A stretch of DNA of 35,998 nucleotides from a virus. The DNA lies in UHGV virus genome UHGV-0106827. One strand, 5' to 3'. Shown here piece after piece: positions 6,934-17,315 of the stretch. Below the pieces are notes generated by a model, which was not told where the DNA came from, did not search any database, and saw only the letters and a program-made list of their open reading frames with translations. The position numbers were made by a program, and so were the translations under genes. Each line of letters opens with the position of its first letter. The first letter of the stretch is position 1.

Positions 6934-9921
6934 ATGAGCTTAAGCGATCAGGTGGTAATGGCCACCAGCATAGAAACGCTGATCGAGCTGCTAAAGAACC
7001 TGCCCGATTATGGGCGGGTTTCGTATGTGGTGACAGCGAAGGGAGACGAGGTAAAAACAGCGTTTGATATCGTCGATGCCTCAGTTCTTTTGGTATCCAA
7101 TACTCTGGATGGGAAAATTAATCCAGACTATCCCCAGGAACTTCAGCCGCGCGACCGGACCCGCGCATCCAGCCTTCTTCAGGTCAACCAGATATCCAAG
7201 GATTTGCGTCCTGCCCAGCTTACCGATTCCGGTTTATCCAGCCATGGCGCGCCAATAATTGGTGAGGACAATGCCGTTGAGTCAGGTAATGGGCGGACCA
7301 TGGGGATCATTAAAGCCTATCAGGACGGTAATGCGGATCGGTATCGGGAGTACCTGATTGAACATGCGACCGAATTCGGCATACGGCCTGAAAAGGTTGA
7401 ATCAATGACGGCTCCGGTACTGGTGCGCCGCCGGTTAACGAAGGTTGACCGTGTTCAGTTTGCCAAGGACTCAAATATTTCTGATCTCCAGGAAATGGCA
7501 GCCAGTGAAAAGGCTTTTGTTGATGCCGACAGCATAACACCGGCGATGATGGCGTTGTTTAACCCGTCAGAAAGTGGAGATCTGCTTAGCCGCAGTAATG
7601 ACGCGTTTATTCGCGGATTCATGACGCAAGTTGGTGCCACACAGGCTGCTGGCCTTGTAACGGAAGATGGGCGACCAACACGGCAACTTGTAGACCGTAT
7701 ACAAAACGCGATCTTTGCCAAGGCATATAAGGATGCGCGCCTGGTAAGGATGGTTGCAGAAGAACCTGATCCGGATATGCGTAATGTTCTGACGGCGCTT
7801 AATGCGGCAGCCAATGATTTTGTCCAGATGCAGGCTTTATCAGGAGAAGCGCACAAGCAGGCTGTGACAACTATTGTTGATGGCATTGAGACAGCGGATA
7901 GCCTCGATAAAAAGGCGCTGGCGGCATTGAAAGATGCGGTAGACCTGGTAAGGCAATCGAAGGAGTCAGGCCAGCATATTACCGATGTTATTGCTCAGGG
8001 GGATATGTTCAGCGAAACGGCCTCGGAAGTGAAAGCACTCGCGTTTTTCATCGTCGCGAATAACCGTAGTGCGAAGCGTATGGCCACCGCCTTTAAATTG
8101 ATGGCTCAACGTATCAATGATGAGTTACAGCACCAGGGCCAGGCGCTCGGGGATATGTTTGGCGGCGGCGATGTGTCGTTACAGGATATCCTTCGCCAGG
8201 TATCTCAGGAACTGGAAAACGAAGGTATGCAAGGGATATCCGGCGGTCTTTTCGAGTCCGTTTCCGGCGGTAGTTACAACGGTGTTGCTCCATATACCAG
8301 TTTGCTATTACATCGGGCATCCGGCATCAAAGACATTATTCATCTGATCAGGCTGCTTTCCCGTACAGATCCCCAGGATGAGCAGCTTGTACAAGTGCTT
8401 GCGCATTTTGTCCGAATGCCTGTTGCCGACGTGAAAAAATGGTGCCGATTATTCGGTATCAGCAATTCGTTACTTCGCGGCTTGTTAAATCACGCATCCT
8501 CCCTTGGGCGCGACGGCTTTGATGAGATAGCGCAGGCGATACAAAACGGAGATATGCCACCAGCTATTGACTGGTTTTCCATTCGCCCAACTAGGGTGAA
8601 AGCATTCCTTAGTGCGGCGCAATCAGCATCACCATTGGCAGAAATGGTTCAGAGGTTATCGCTCATATTCACAGACCATACCGCGTTGGGGGATCTGACT
8701 CTGGACGAGATGAAAGAAGCCTCCATTCAGTGGGCCGATCAACAAAATGAGGTTAACTCAGACTTCTTGCCAGCATTCAGGAAGGCCGTTAGTAAAGCGG
8801 ATGATGCCCGTGGAATTCTGAAGGCATTTAAGGCATTGCAAAGTCGTGTTAATAAACATGTCGGTGATATCGATGCGGTAACGGCGGAAGGCCGGGATAT
8901 CCTTAAAGAGCACGGCATAACGCCAGAGTTTATTGATGAGATCAGGACTGATATGCAGCGTGAGGTCGTATCGTCCCTGCAAATCGTAGCCAGAGCGTTG
9001 GCGGATGCTAATCCGAAGAGTGCGGCCATTGTTAACCGTGTTATTGGTGATATTGAAGCATCGGAGGGCATGGGGGCGCTGAAACTCTTCCTTTCGCGAG
9101 CGTTTAATCCTAACGGCAATATTCTTCCTGGCATTATTGGTGAGGCTAAAAGGTATGTCAGTGAAGAAGAACTTGAGCAGCTTGACCAGCTACTCAAACG
9201 ATTTTCATATATCCCGCAGAAACGCTGGCAAATGAATCAGCGAAGTATGGATTCGGTCTACGAGAAAGTGTTATCTGCCATGAACAGTGCGATCGCCAAC
9301 TCATCCGTATCAGAAGAAAAAGCTCTTGAGTGGGCCGACTCTTTTATCACGGAAGAAGTGGAAGAAGCCCGCGCTGGACAGAATGGTGGAATAGACTTGC
9401 GCAAGGAACTTTCTGATATTTACCGTCTGACAGGCGGGAAAATATCAACCTTATCAAGGGTAATTCACCACAAGGGTAGGGCGTATGCAAATCTTAATGG
9501 TGTTGTTGCTGTCGATTTGCACGATGAAAATGCAAATGCACTGTGGCACGAGCTGGGTCATCATCTTGAGTACAGTAACCCGGGTTTGTTAGAGAAAGCC
9601 AGGTCATTCCTGAAGGCCAATGTTGAAGGGGATAAGCCATCTTTCGTTAATATCGGTGGGCGTGGCAAGCCTGAATGGTGCTTCAGATCTCGATTGAGTG
9701 ATATTTATATGGCGAAGGTATACCCGCCTGTCTCAGTGAGTAATTCTGGTAAATTTCGACACAAATCTCCGACAATTTCCAAAACGTCAGCAACGGAAGT
9801 GTTCTCTATGGCTCTTCAGTTGTATCATGACAAAGAGGCCGCTGCCGCATCACTGATGAATGGTGACGGATTGCTGGAACTGTTATTAGGTGTGGCAAAG
9901 GAGCTAAATAATGCAGATTAA
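6934..9921 (+). CDS. ddrB: DdrB (dar operon, large protein)
   Basis: 995 aa ORF following ddrA; size and position consistent with P1 DdrB. Confidence 0.65.
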   Translation: MSLSDQVVMATSIETLIELLKNLPDYGRVSYVVTAKGDEVKTAFDIVDASVLLVSNTLDGKINPDYPQELQPRDRTRASSLLQVNQISKDLRPAQLTDSGLSSHGAPIIGEDNAVESGNGRTMGIIKAYQDGNADRYREYLIEHATEFGIRPEKVESMTAPVLVRRRLTKVDRVQFAKDSNISDLQEMAASEKAFVDADSITPAMMALFNPSESGDLLSRSNDAFIRGFMTQVGATQAAGLVTEDGRPTRQLVDRIQNAIFAKAYKDARLVRMVAEEPDPDMRNVLTALNAAANDFVQMQALSGEAHKQAVTTIVDGIETADSLDKKALAALKDAVDLVRQSKESGQHITDVIAQGDMFSETASEVKALAFFIVANNRSAKRMATAFKLMAQRINDELQHQGQALGDMFGGGDVSLQDILRQVSQELENEGMQGISGGLFESVSGGSYNGVAPYTSLLLHRASGIKDIIHLIRLLSRTDPQDEQLVQVLAHFVRMPVADVKKWCRLFGISNSLLRGLLNHASSLGRDGFDEIAQAIQNGDMPPAIDWFSIRPTRVKAFLSAAQSASPLAEMVQRLSLIFTDHTALGDLTLDEMKEASIQWADQQNEVNSDFLPAFRKAVSKADDARGILKAFKALQSRVNKHVGDIDAVTAEGRDILKEHGITPEFIDEIRTDMQREVVSSLQIVARALADANPKSAAIVNRVIGDIEASEGMGALKLFLSRAFNPNGNILPGIIGEAKRYVSEEELEQLDQLLKRFSYIPQKRWQMNQRSMDSVYEKVLSAMNSAIANSSVSEEKALEWADSFITEEVEEARAGQNGGIDLRKELSDIYRLTGGKISTLSRVIHHKGRAYANLNGVVAVDLHDENANALWHELGHHLEYSNPGLLEKARSFLKANVEGDKPSFVNIGGRGKPEWCFRSRLSDIYMAKVYPPVSVSNSGKFRHKSPTISKTSATEVFSMALQLYHDKEAAAASLMNGDGLLELLLGVAKELNNAD

Positions 9922-10219
9922 AATCGCAGCGCCATTAGGCGGAGATGCCATTATCGAATTTGATGATAATGAAGAAGTTTCCGGGCGTTTAAGCATTATC
10001 TCCGGTGACATTACCGAGGACATGATCGCTGAAGCCATAGCTGGGGCAAATCCCAATAGCTATATGGGATTCGTTAACACCCTTGATGCTCCCGCAAGTG
10101 ATGTTCTCCGAACGCTGCATCTTTACGCTGGCTGGTTTGTTGATTGGCCAGCAGTAGATGGTGGCGATGAGGACGACGACGATGATTTTGGTGATCATGT
10201 AGACCAGATCGTATATTGA
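9911..10219 (+). CDS. Small acidic protein, last gene of the dar operon (hxr position in P1)
   Basis: 102 aa, overlaps the ddrB stop, C-terminal DGGDEDDDDDFGD acidic patch; followed by a terminator. Confidence 0.5.
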   Translation: MQIKIAAPLGGDAIIEFDDNEEVSGRLSIISGDITEDMIAEAIAGANPNSYMGFVNTLDAPASDVLRTLHLYAGWFVDWPAVDGGDEDDDDDFGDHVDQIVY

Positions 10220-10221
10220 AG

Positions 10222-10247
10222 AAATCCCGCCAATCGGCGGGATTTTT
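10222..10247. terminator. Rho-independent terminator between the convergent dar operon and the minus-strand operon
   Basis: Perfect 10-bp stem AAATCCCGCC/GGCGGGATTT with loop AATC, followed by TTTTT on the plus strand; an A-run precedes it, so it may act in both directions. Confidence 0.7.
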
Positions 10248-10250
10248 ACC

Positions 10251-11345
10251 TCACGAGAAGCTTTTTTCTGATGTCAGCCAACAGTGCTCGTGCAAATCTC
10301 TTGGTGGTTTTTCGACAAATGCCTCTTCAGCCACATCCTGCCAGGGGATTTGTTTAGCCCATTCAGCTATAGCGTTATGGTTTGCCGAGAATAACGGTAT
10401 TGTATAGGCCTTCAGCCAGTCTAATGTGCTGGAGTTGTGTTTTTGAGCGTGATGTTTCGCATGGTGTTTGGCGATCACGATCGTAGGCACTACCCATTTA
10501 CTACCGTCAGTCATTGTGAAGTGCATATTACGGGGAACAGATGACTTTTCCATCAACTCCCGAATCCCGGGAAATTTCCCCAAGATCAATCGGCGATATT
10601 CATCGCTATTGCGCCCACCAAACTCTTTGGCTTTGAATTCAAGATATGCTTCAGAAACGAGAGGTGAATCCTCTGTGTTTAGAGTTATCGCCGTGAAAAA
10701 ACCAGCAGGATTGTTTTTACTATGGGCCAACCGGTGATGCGAATCATAAAAGTACCCTTTCTCGCGTTCCGATGGTTTCGACAGCAACAGCAGGCGCGAG
10801 TCATAATTGGTTAAATTGCCAGTTATCACTGCATGAGCGCGATCGCTGATTTCCGCCGAGTTAATAACGATGAAAAGATCGTGCGGTCCAGTAAAACCAG
10901 CCAGAGACTCTTCGTTATTCAGACAATAGGTTATATAGACGCATCCCCATGTTTCACTGATATGCACCAACCCTTTGTCAGGGTGTATTCTGAAATAATT
11001 GCCAAGAAAAGGGTGTTTTTGGGTAACTCGCTCCCAATAACGGAACATATAGTCAATTATTGTTTTTCGACTATCGTTAATCGCAGGAGAAACAACCACT
11101 GTACGGGAACACGAATACAGTATTGTTTGCAGGATGCTAATCACTGCCACAATAGAGGTTTCCCCAATACCATGTGGTGTGGTGGCAGTGACTTTGGCTC
11201 CGGTGTTCTTTATCGCGTTAATAATTTTTGCTTGATGAGGTGTTAACTCAATATCAAGCAACTCTTTTGCTGCCAGTTCCCAATTGTCTTTATACCGTTC
11301 TATCAGTGCTAACCAGGCAGATTCATTCTGTATACGATTAATCAC
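10251..11345 (-). CDS. PacB-like terminase large-subunit ATPase-domain paralogue with degenerate Walker motifs, no nuclease domain
   Basis: 364 aa, colinear with PacB (31266-32750) residues ~10-260, e.g. RLLLLSKPSEREKGYFYDSHHRLA...NPAGFFTAITLNTEDSPLV vs [23 protein letters not shown]...[19 protein letters not shown]. Walker A HGTGKS is HGIGET here; Walker B IIDEAS is VINSAE. Confidence 0.7.
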   Translation of the reverse strand: MINRIQNESAWLALIERYKDNWELAAKELLDIELTPHQAKIINAIKNTGAKVTATTPHGIGETSIVAVISILQTILYSCSRTVVVSPAINDSRKTIIDYMFRYWERVTQKHPFLGNYFRIHPDKGLVHISETWGCVYITYCLNNEESLAGFTGPHDLFIVINSAEISDRAHAVITGNLTNYDSRLLLLSKPSEREKGYFYDSHHRLAHSKNNPAGFFTAITLNTEDSPLVSEAYLEFKAKEFGGRNSDEYRRLILGKFPGIRELMEKSSVPRNMHFTMTDGSKWVVPTIVIAKHHAKHHAQKHNSSTLDWLKAYTIPLFSANHNAIAEWAKQIPWQDVAEEAFVEKPPRDLHEHCWLTSEKSFS

Positions 11346-12126
11346 TTTCCACCTCTTCCGTGGTGTTTTCTTGCAGTTCTGTTAATGCAGCACGACATAG
11401 GTTCCGGGCATTGGCTATAGCCACACTTTTGACTTCATCCGTCATCGTGCAGGTAATGTACTGATCGAGTTCTTCAGCGCGGATGATGCTTTTGCCAATC
11501 AGAAACTGTATTTGCCAGAGCAGATCGGCATCCATAATCAGAATTTCTGCCGGGCCTTCAGGGCCAGCCGGGAAGGAAACATAAGACTGTTTGCCCAGGC
11601 CGATAACTCGACAACTTGCTTCAAGAATTGCGCGCTTGAGGTTTGACTTTGTAACGGAAACAGGTTGGTTTTCACCAGTGATTATGCCGTTGATATGGAA
11701 GTGGAAGGGCATGTAGCTTGAAATTCGCTCTACTTTCCATACGCCAGCAAGCGATCCTTCATGCAGCACAATGGGGGTAACCGCGAGTTTCATCTCACCA
11801 TATAACTGCTGGCAGATAGCTGGATTGCTGAATACATCCAAAGGTTCACACTCAAACAGCGGCGCAATCTGCATGAGGTCCATCATGGTCATACCAGGGG
11901 TACGAGCAGTAATGAATCTGCGCATGCCAGTATCCATTGTGCGCCAGATAGCTACACCATGCTTTTTGCTCACTTCTTCAGTAAAGCCAAGGTGGCACAT
12001 GATGGTTTTTTCGATAGCCAGATCAGAGATCGAAACCTTTTCGCCAGGCACACCATCATTATTGATGGTCACTTCGACACTCTGACCATTACGCAGGCGG
12101 TATTGAATTGCTTTAGTATTTTCCAC
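11338..12126 (-). CDS. Hypothetical protein (middle gene of a three-gene operon)
   Basis: 262 aa; its stop overlaps the start of the downstream PacB-like gene by 8 nt; no recognisable motif. Confidence 0.55.
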   Translation of the reverse strand: MENTKAIQYRLRNGQSVEVTINNDGVPGEKVSISDLAIEKTIMCHLGFTEEVSKKHGVAIWRTMDTGMRRFITARTPGMTMMDLMQIAPLFECEPLDVFSNPAICQQLYGEMKLAVTPIVLHEGSLAGVWKVERISSYMPFHFHINGIITGENQPVSVTKSNLKRAILEASCRVIGLGKQSYVSFPAGPEGPAEILIMDADLLWQIQFLIGKSIIRAEELDQYITCTMTDEVKSVAIANARNLCRAALTELQENTTEEVESD

Positions 12127-12132
12127 GTTAAA

Positions 12133-12810
12133 TCACTCCACTACAAACCAGTCACATGCCAGTAAGTCGCCTACAGAAGGAACCCACGGAACAACTACAC
12201 CTTGTGCATTTTTTAAGGCGAAATAAGCACCATACGGAACGAGGTCACCGGGGAAATATCCCTTAATGGCTTCCATTCGTGCCGGGTACTGCCCTTCAGG
12301 AACCAGCCAGCAGAATTGGTTTTCGCCGTTCCACCCGCGTCGAGCAACTTTCTTGCCATCCTTCAGCCACATCAGCGCGTCAGAAAAGTCGGCTGCTTCA
12401 AGGTCGATTTCTTCTTGTAGAGTAGCGATACCGCCAGCAGAAATAGTTACGTCCCTGGCTGTAATGAATGTCACCCCGTTGTGACCTTCAATGCTGAGTA
12501 ATGCCCCATTTTCGAAGAAGTCGTTAGTCCGACTAAAGCCTTCTTCAAATGTTTTTTCTGGTGAATAGGACAGAGATCCGTCCTCATAAGCGACCAGATA
12601 TCCGCCAATTTCTGGTCGGTGTTTTTGCAAAAACATTTTATCAACATGGACTTTTAACCCTTCTGGCTCAACGACTTCGATGTTGCAAAGAAGGACCACA
12701 TCCATTAGGGCGATAATTTCGATATCTTTGATTTTTGAGGCACGAACTGTTTTATGGCTTTTGTATTTTGGAAGTGCCGTCAAAAGCTCTTTCGTTGTCA
12801 TATTATTCAT
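12133..12810 (-). CDS. Hypothetical protein with a Trp-rich C-terminal module
   Basis: Preferred start ATG 12808-12810 (GAGGAAAG 6 nt upstream) gives 225 aa; the track ORF extends to 12930. C-terminal KDGKKVARRGWNGENQFCWLVP...VVVPWVPSVGDLLACDWFVVE resembles small phage domains of unknown function. Confidence 0.55.
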   Translation of the reverse strand: MNNMTTKELLTALPKYKSHKTVRASKIKDIEIIALMDVVLLCNIEVVEPEGLKVHVDKMFLQKHRPEIGGYLVAYEDGSLSYSPEKTFEEGFSRTNDFFENGALLSIEGHNGVTFITARDVTISAGGIATLQEEIDLEAADFSDALMWLKDGKKVARRGWNGENQFCWLVPEGQYPARMEAIKGYFPGDLVPYGAYFALKNAQGVVVPWVPSVGDLLACDWFVVE

Positions 12811-12824
12811 AGTCTTTCCTCTGC

Positions 12825-13007
12825 TTAAAAACTGATGTATTGCGCCTTCAGGTGGGTCAGGAATGTTTTCCCACCAGCGAAAGCAATATCTCGGGGTGTT
12901 CTGTTCGTTAAAAACGCGTTCCATTGCCAACTTTGGCGTTTTTTAGCGAGTTCGTGCTTTTGTTGGCGTTTGGACCACCGCTTTTCTTTCAGTCGTTTTT
13001 TACTCAT
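12825..13007 (-). CDS. Possible small highly basic protein between ssb and the downstream operon
   Basis: 60 aa, MSKKRLKEKRWSKRQQKHELAKKRQ...; fits exactly between the ssb stop (13013) and the RBS of the 12810 gene; no strong SD. Confidence 0.3.
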   Translation of the reverse strand: MSKKRLKEKRWSKRQQKHELAKKRQSWQWNAFLTNRTPRDIAFAGGKTFLTHLKAQYISF

Positions 13008-13012
13008 AAACT

Positions 13013-13501
13013 CTAAAACGGAATATCGTCTTCAAAGTCCATTGGAGGTTCGTTATTGGCGCTGCTCTGAGGTTTGCCACCACCGCTGTATTGCTGGTGG
13101 TTTTGAGGTTGGTTTGACTGCCCCCAGCCATTTGAGGACTGTGAATCGTCGCGGCGAGCGCCGATCATTTGCATGGTGCCGCCCTGGCTGACGATAATTT
13201 CCGTCGTGTAACGTTCTACACCGGCGTCATCTGTCCACTTACGGGTTTTAAGTTTCCCTTCGATGTAGACCTGAGAACCTTTTCGTAAATACTCACTCGC
13301 AATTTCAGCAAGTTTTCCGAACAAAACGACTTTATGCCATTCTGTTTGCTCTTTCTGTTGGCCCGTTTGCTTGTCGCGCCATGATTCATTCGTTGCGATG
13401 CTGAGTCTTCCGACCGCGCCGCCATTTGGTATATACCTGATCTCCGGGTCTTGCCCCAGGGTACCAATCAGGATGACTTTGTTTACACCGCGTTGTGCCA
13501 C
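13013..13501 (-). CDS. ssb: Single-stranded DNA-binding protein
   Basis: 162 aa; OB-fold N-terminus [20 protein letters not shown], Gly/Gln-rich linker and acidic tail DFEDDIPF, all typical of bacterial/phage SSB. Confidence 0.92.
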   Translation of the reverse strand: MAQRGVNKVILIGTLGQDPEIRYIPNGGAVGRLSIATNESWRDKQTGQQKEQTEWHKVVLFGKLAEIASEYLRKGSQVYIEGKLKTRKWTDDAGVERYTTEIIVSQGGTMQMIGARRDDSQSSNGWGQSNQPQNHQQYSGGGKPQSSANNEPPMDFEDDIPF

Positions 13502-13520
13502 TTATCTTACCTAATAAAAT

Positions 13521-13537
13521 AAATTAATTAGAGCAAT
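13521..13537 (-). promoter_or_regulatory. C1 repressor operator (16/17 match to ATTGCTCTAATAAATTT)
   Basis: Plus strand reads AAATTAATTAGAGCAAT; lies in the ssb-lyz divergent intergenic region. Confidence 0.6.
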
Positions 13538-13561
13538 AATGTATATCTTTGAAACGTAGCT

Positions 13562-13575
13562 AACAAGTGATTTGC
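13562..13575 (+). promoter_or_regulatory. Candidate late-promoter box (AACAAGTGATTTGC) upstream of lyz
   Basis: Motif shared with sites upstream of lydA, prt and pacA; followed by CATTAT as a possible -10. Confidence 0.35.
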
Positions 13576-13669
13576 ATTATCCTGTGTCTTCAAAAGGGAT
13601 CGAGTCAGTCGGTATTGGCTGTGAATGGGTGTTTGTCCTGGAGCGTAAAAATTCGCTTATGAGGTCTTT

Positions 13670-14227
13670 ATGAAGGGAAAAACAGCCGCAGGAGGCGGTG
13701 CAATTTGCGCTATCGCGGTGATGATTACCATCGTGATGGGTAATGGCAATGTGCGAACCAACCAGGCGGGGCTTGAGCTTATCGGAAACGCTGAAGGTTG
13801 CCGACGTGACCCATACATGTGCCCGGCGGGTGTATGGACTGACGGGATTGGTAATACACACGGGGTAACGCCGGGCGTGCGAAAAACCGACCAGCAAATC
13901 GCCGCTGATTGGGAAAAGAATATCCTGATCGCTGAACGCTGTATTAACCAGCACTTCCGGGGCAAAGACATGCCCGATAATGCCTTTAGCGCAATGACAA
14001 GCGCGGCATTCAATATGGGATGCAATAGTTTACGGACCTACTACAGCAAAGCGCGAGGCATGCGAGTAGAAACGTCCATCCACAAGTGGGCGCAGAAAGG
14101 AGAATGGGTGAATATGTGTAACCATCTCCCTGATTTCGTGAACAGTAACGGCGTGCCCCTGCGAGGTTTAAAGATTCGCCGTGAAAAAGAACGCCAGCTT
14201 TGCCTGACGGGACTGGTCAATGAATAA
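13670..14227 (+). CDS. lyz: Lyz endolysin (SAR-type lysozyme)
   Basis: 185 aa; N-terminal signal-anchor-release segment KTAAGGGAICAIAVMITIVMG followed by a T4-lysozyme-like catalytic region (ELIGNAEGCRRDPY); matches P1 Lyz. Confidence 0.9.
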   Translation: MKGKTAAGGGAICAIAVMITIVMGNGNVRTNQAGLELIGNAEGCRRDPYMCPAGVWTDGIGNTHGVTPGVRKTDQQIAADWEKNILIAERCINQHFRGKDMPDNAFSAMTSAAFNMGCNSLRTYYSKARGMRVETSIHKWAQKGEWVNMCNHLPDFVNSNGVPLRGLKIRREKERQLCLTGLVNE

Positions 14228-14474
14228 ACTCCGGCAGCTCCGCCGACTTTCGACAATGAAGTTATCGCTGGCGGCGATAGTTTTCGACTCGATTTTCATG
14301 GCGGTATATGTGCTCAATGAGACGTGGCCACTGGAACCGCTATTATATGCCGGGCTTCGGCTGTGCCTGACATTTTTGAGCATGGCTGCAAGATTGATGC
14401 AGCAGAAAGAAACCGCTTCAGATTGCCCACGTCGCGCGGTGCGAAAATATATGGCACGCAGACGAAGGCGATAA
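14220..14474 (+). CDS. Small membrane protein downstream of lyz (lysis-associated, LydD-like position)
   Basis: 84 aa overlapping the lyz stop; two hydrophobic segments and a poly-Arg C-terminus. Confidence 0.45.
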   Translation: MNKLRQLRRLSTMKLSLAAIVFDSIFMAVYVLNETWPLEPLLYAGLRLCLTFLSMAARLMQQKETASDCPRRAVRKYMARRRRR

Positions 14475-14485
14475 TAGTTAACGAG

Positions 14486-14513
14486 AACCCCGGCAGCCGC
14501 CGGGGTTATTTTT
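14486..14513 (+). terminator. Rho-independent terminator of the lyz transcription unit
   Basis: 9-bp GC-rich stem AACCCCGGC/GCCGGGGTT, loop AGCC, then ATTTTT. Confidence 0.75.
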
Positions 14514-14518
14514 GATGG

Positions 14519-17249
<2,731 letters not shown>

Positions 17250-17294
17250 TTAATTAGAATAATTCGCATCGTGTTTGAACGGAATTTAACACTA

Positions 17295-17304
17295 GTCACT
17301 TGTT
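17295..17304 (-). promoter_or_regulatory. Candidate late-promoter box (AACAAGTGAC on the minus strand) upstream of prt
   Basis: Same AAGTGA core as the lyz box, about 55 nt upstream of the prt ATG. Confidence 0.3.
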
Positions 17305-17315
17305 AAGGATTACCA

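Noticed and set aside
10251-13007. IS1 or another insertion sequence, expected here from the reference P1 map
   Set aside because: No transposase-like ORF or terminal inverted repeats are present; the locus holds a compact three-gene operon instead.
17262-17272. Degenerate C1 operator-like sequence (ATTAGAATAAT) in the prt-darB intergenic region
   Set aside because: Only 9/11 core matches with poor flanks; below the quality of the other seven sites.
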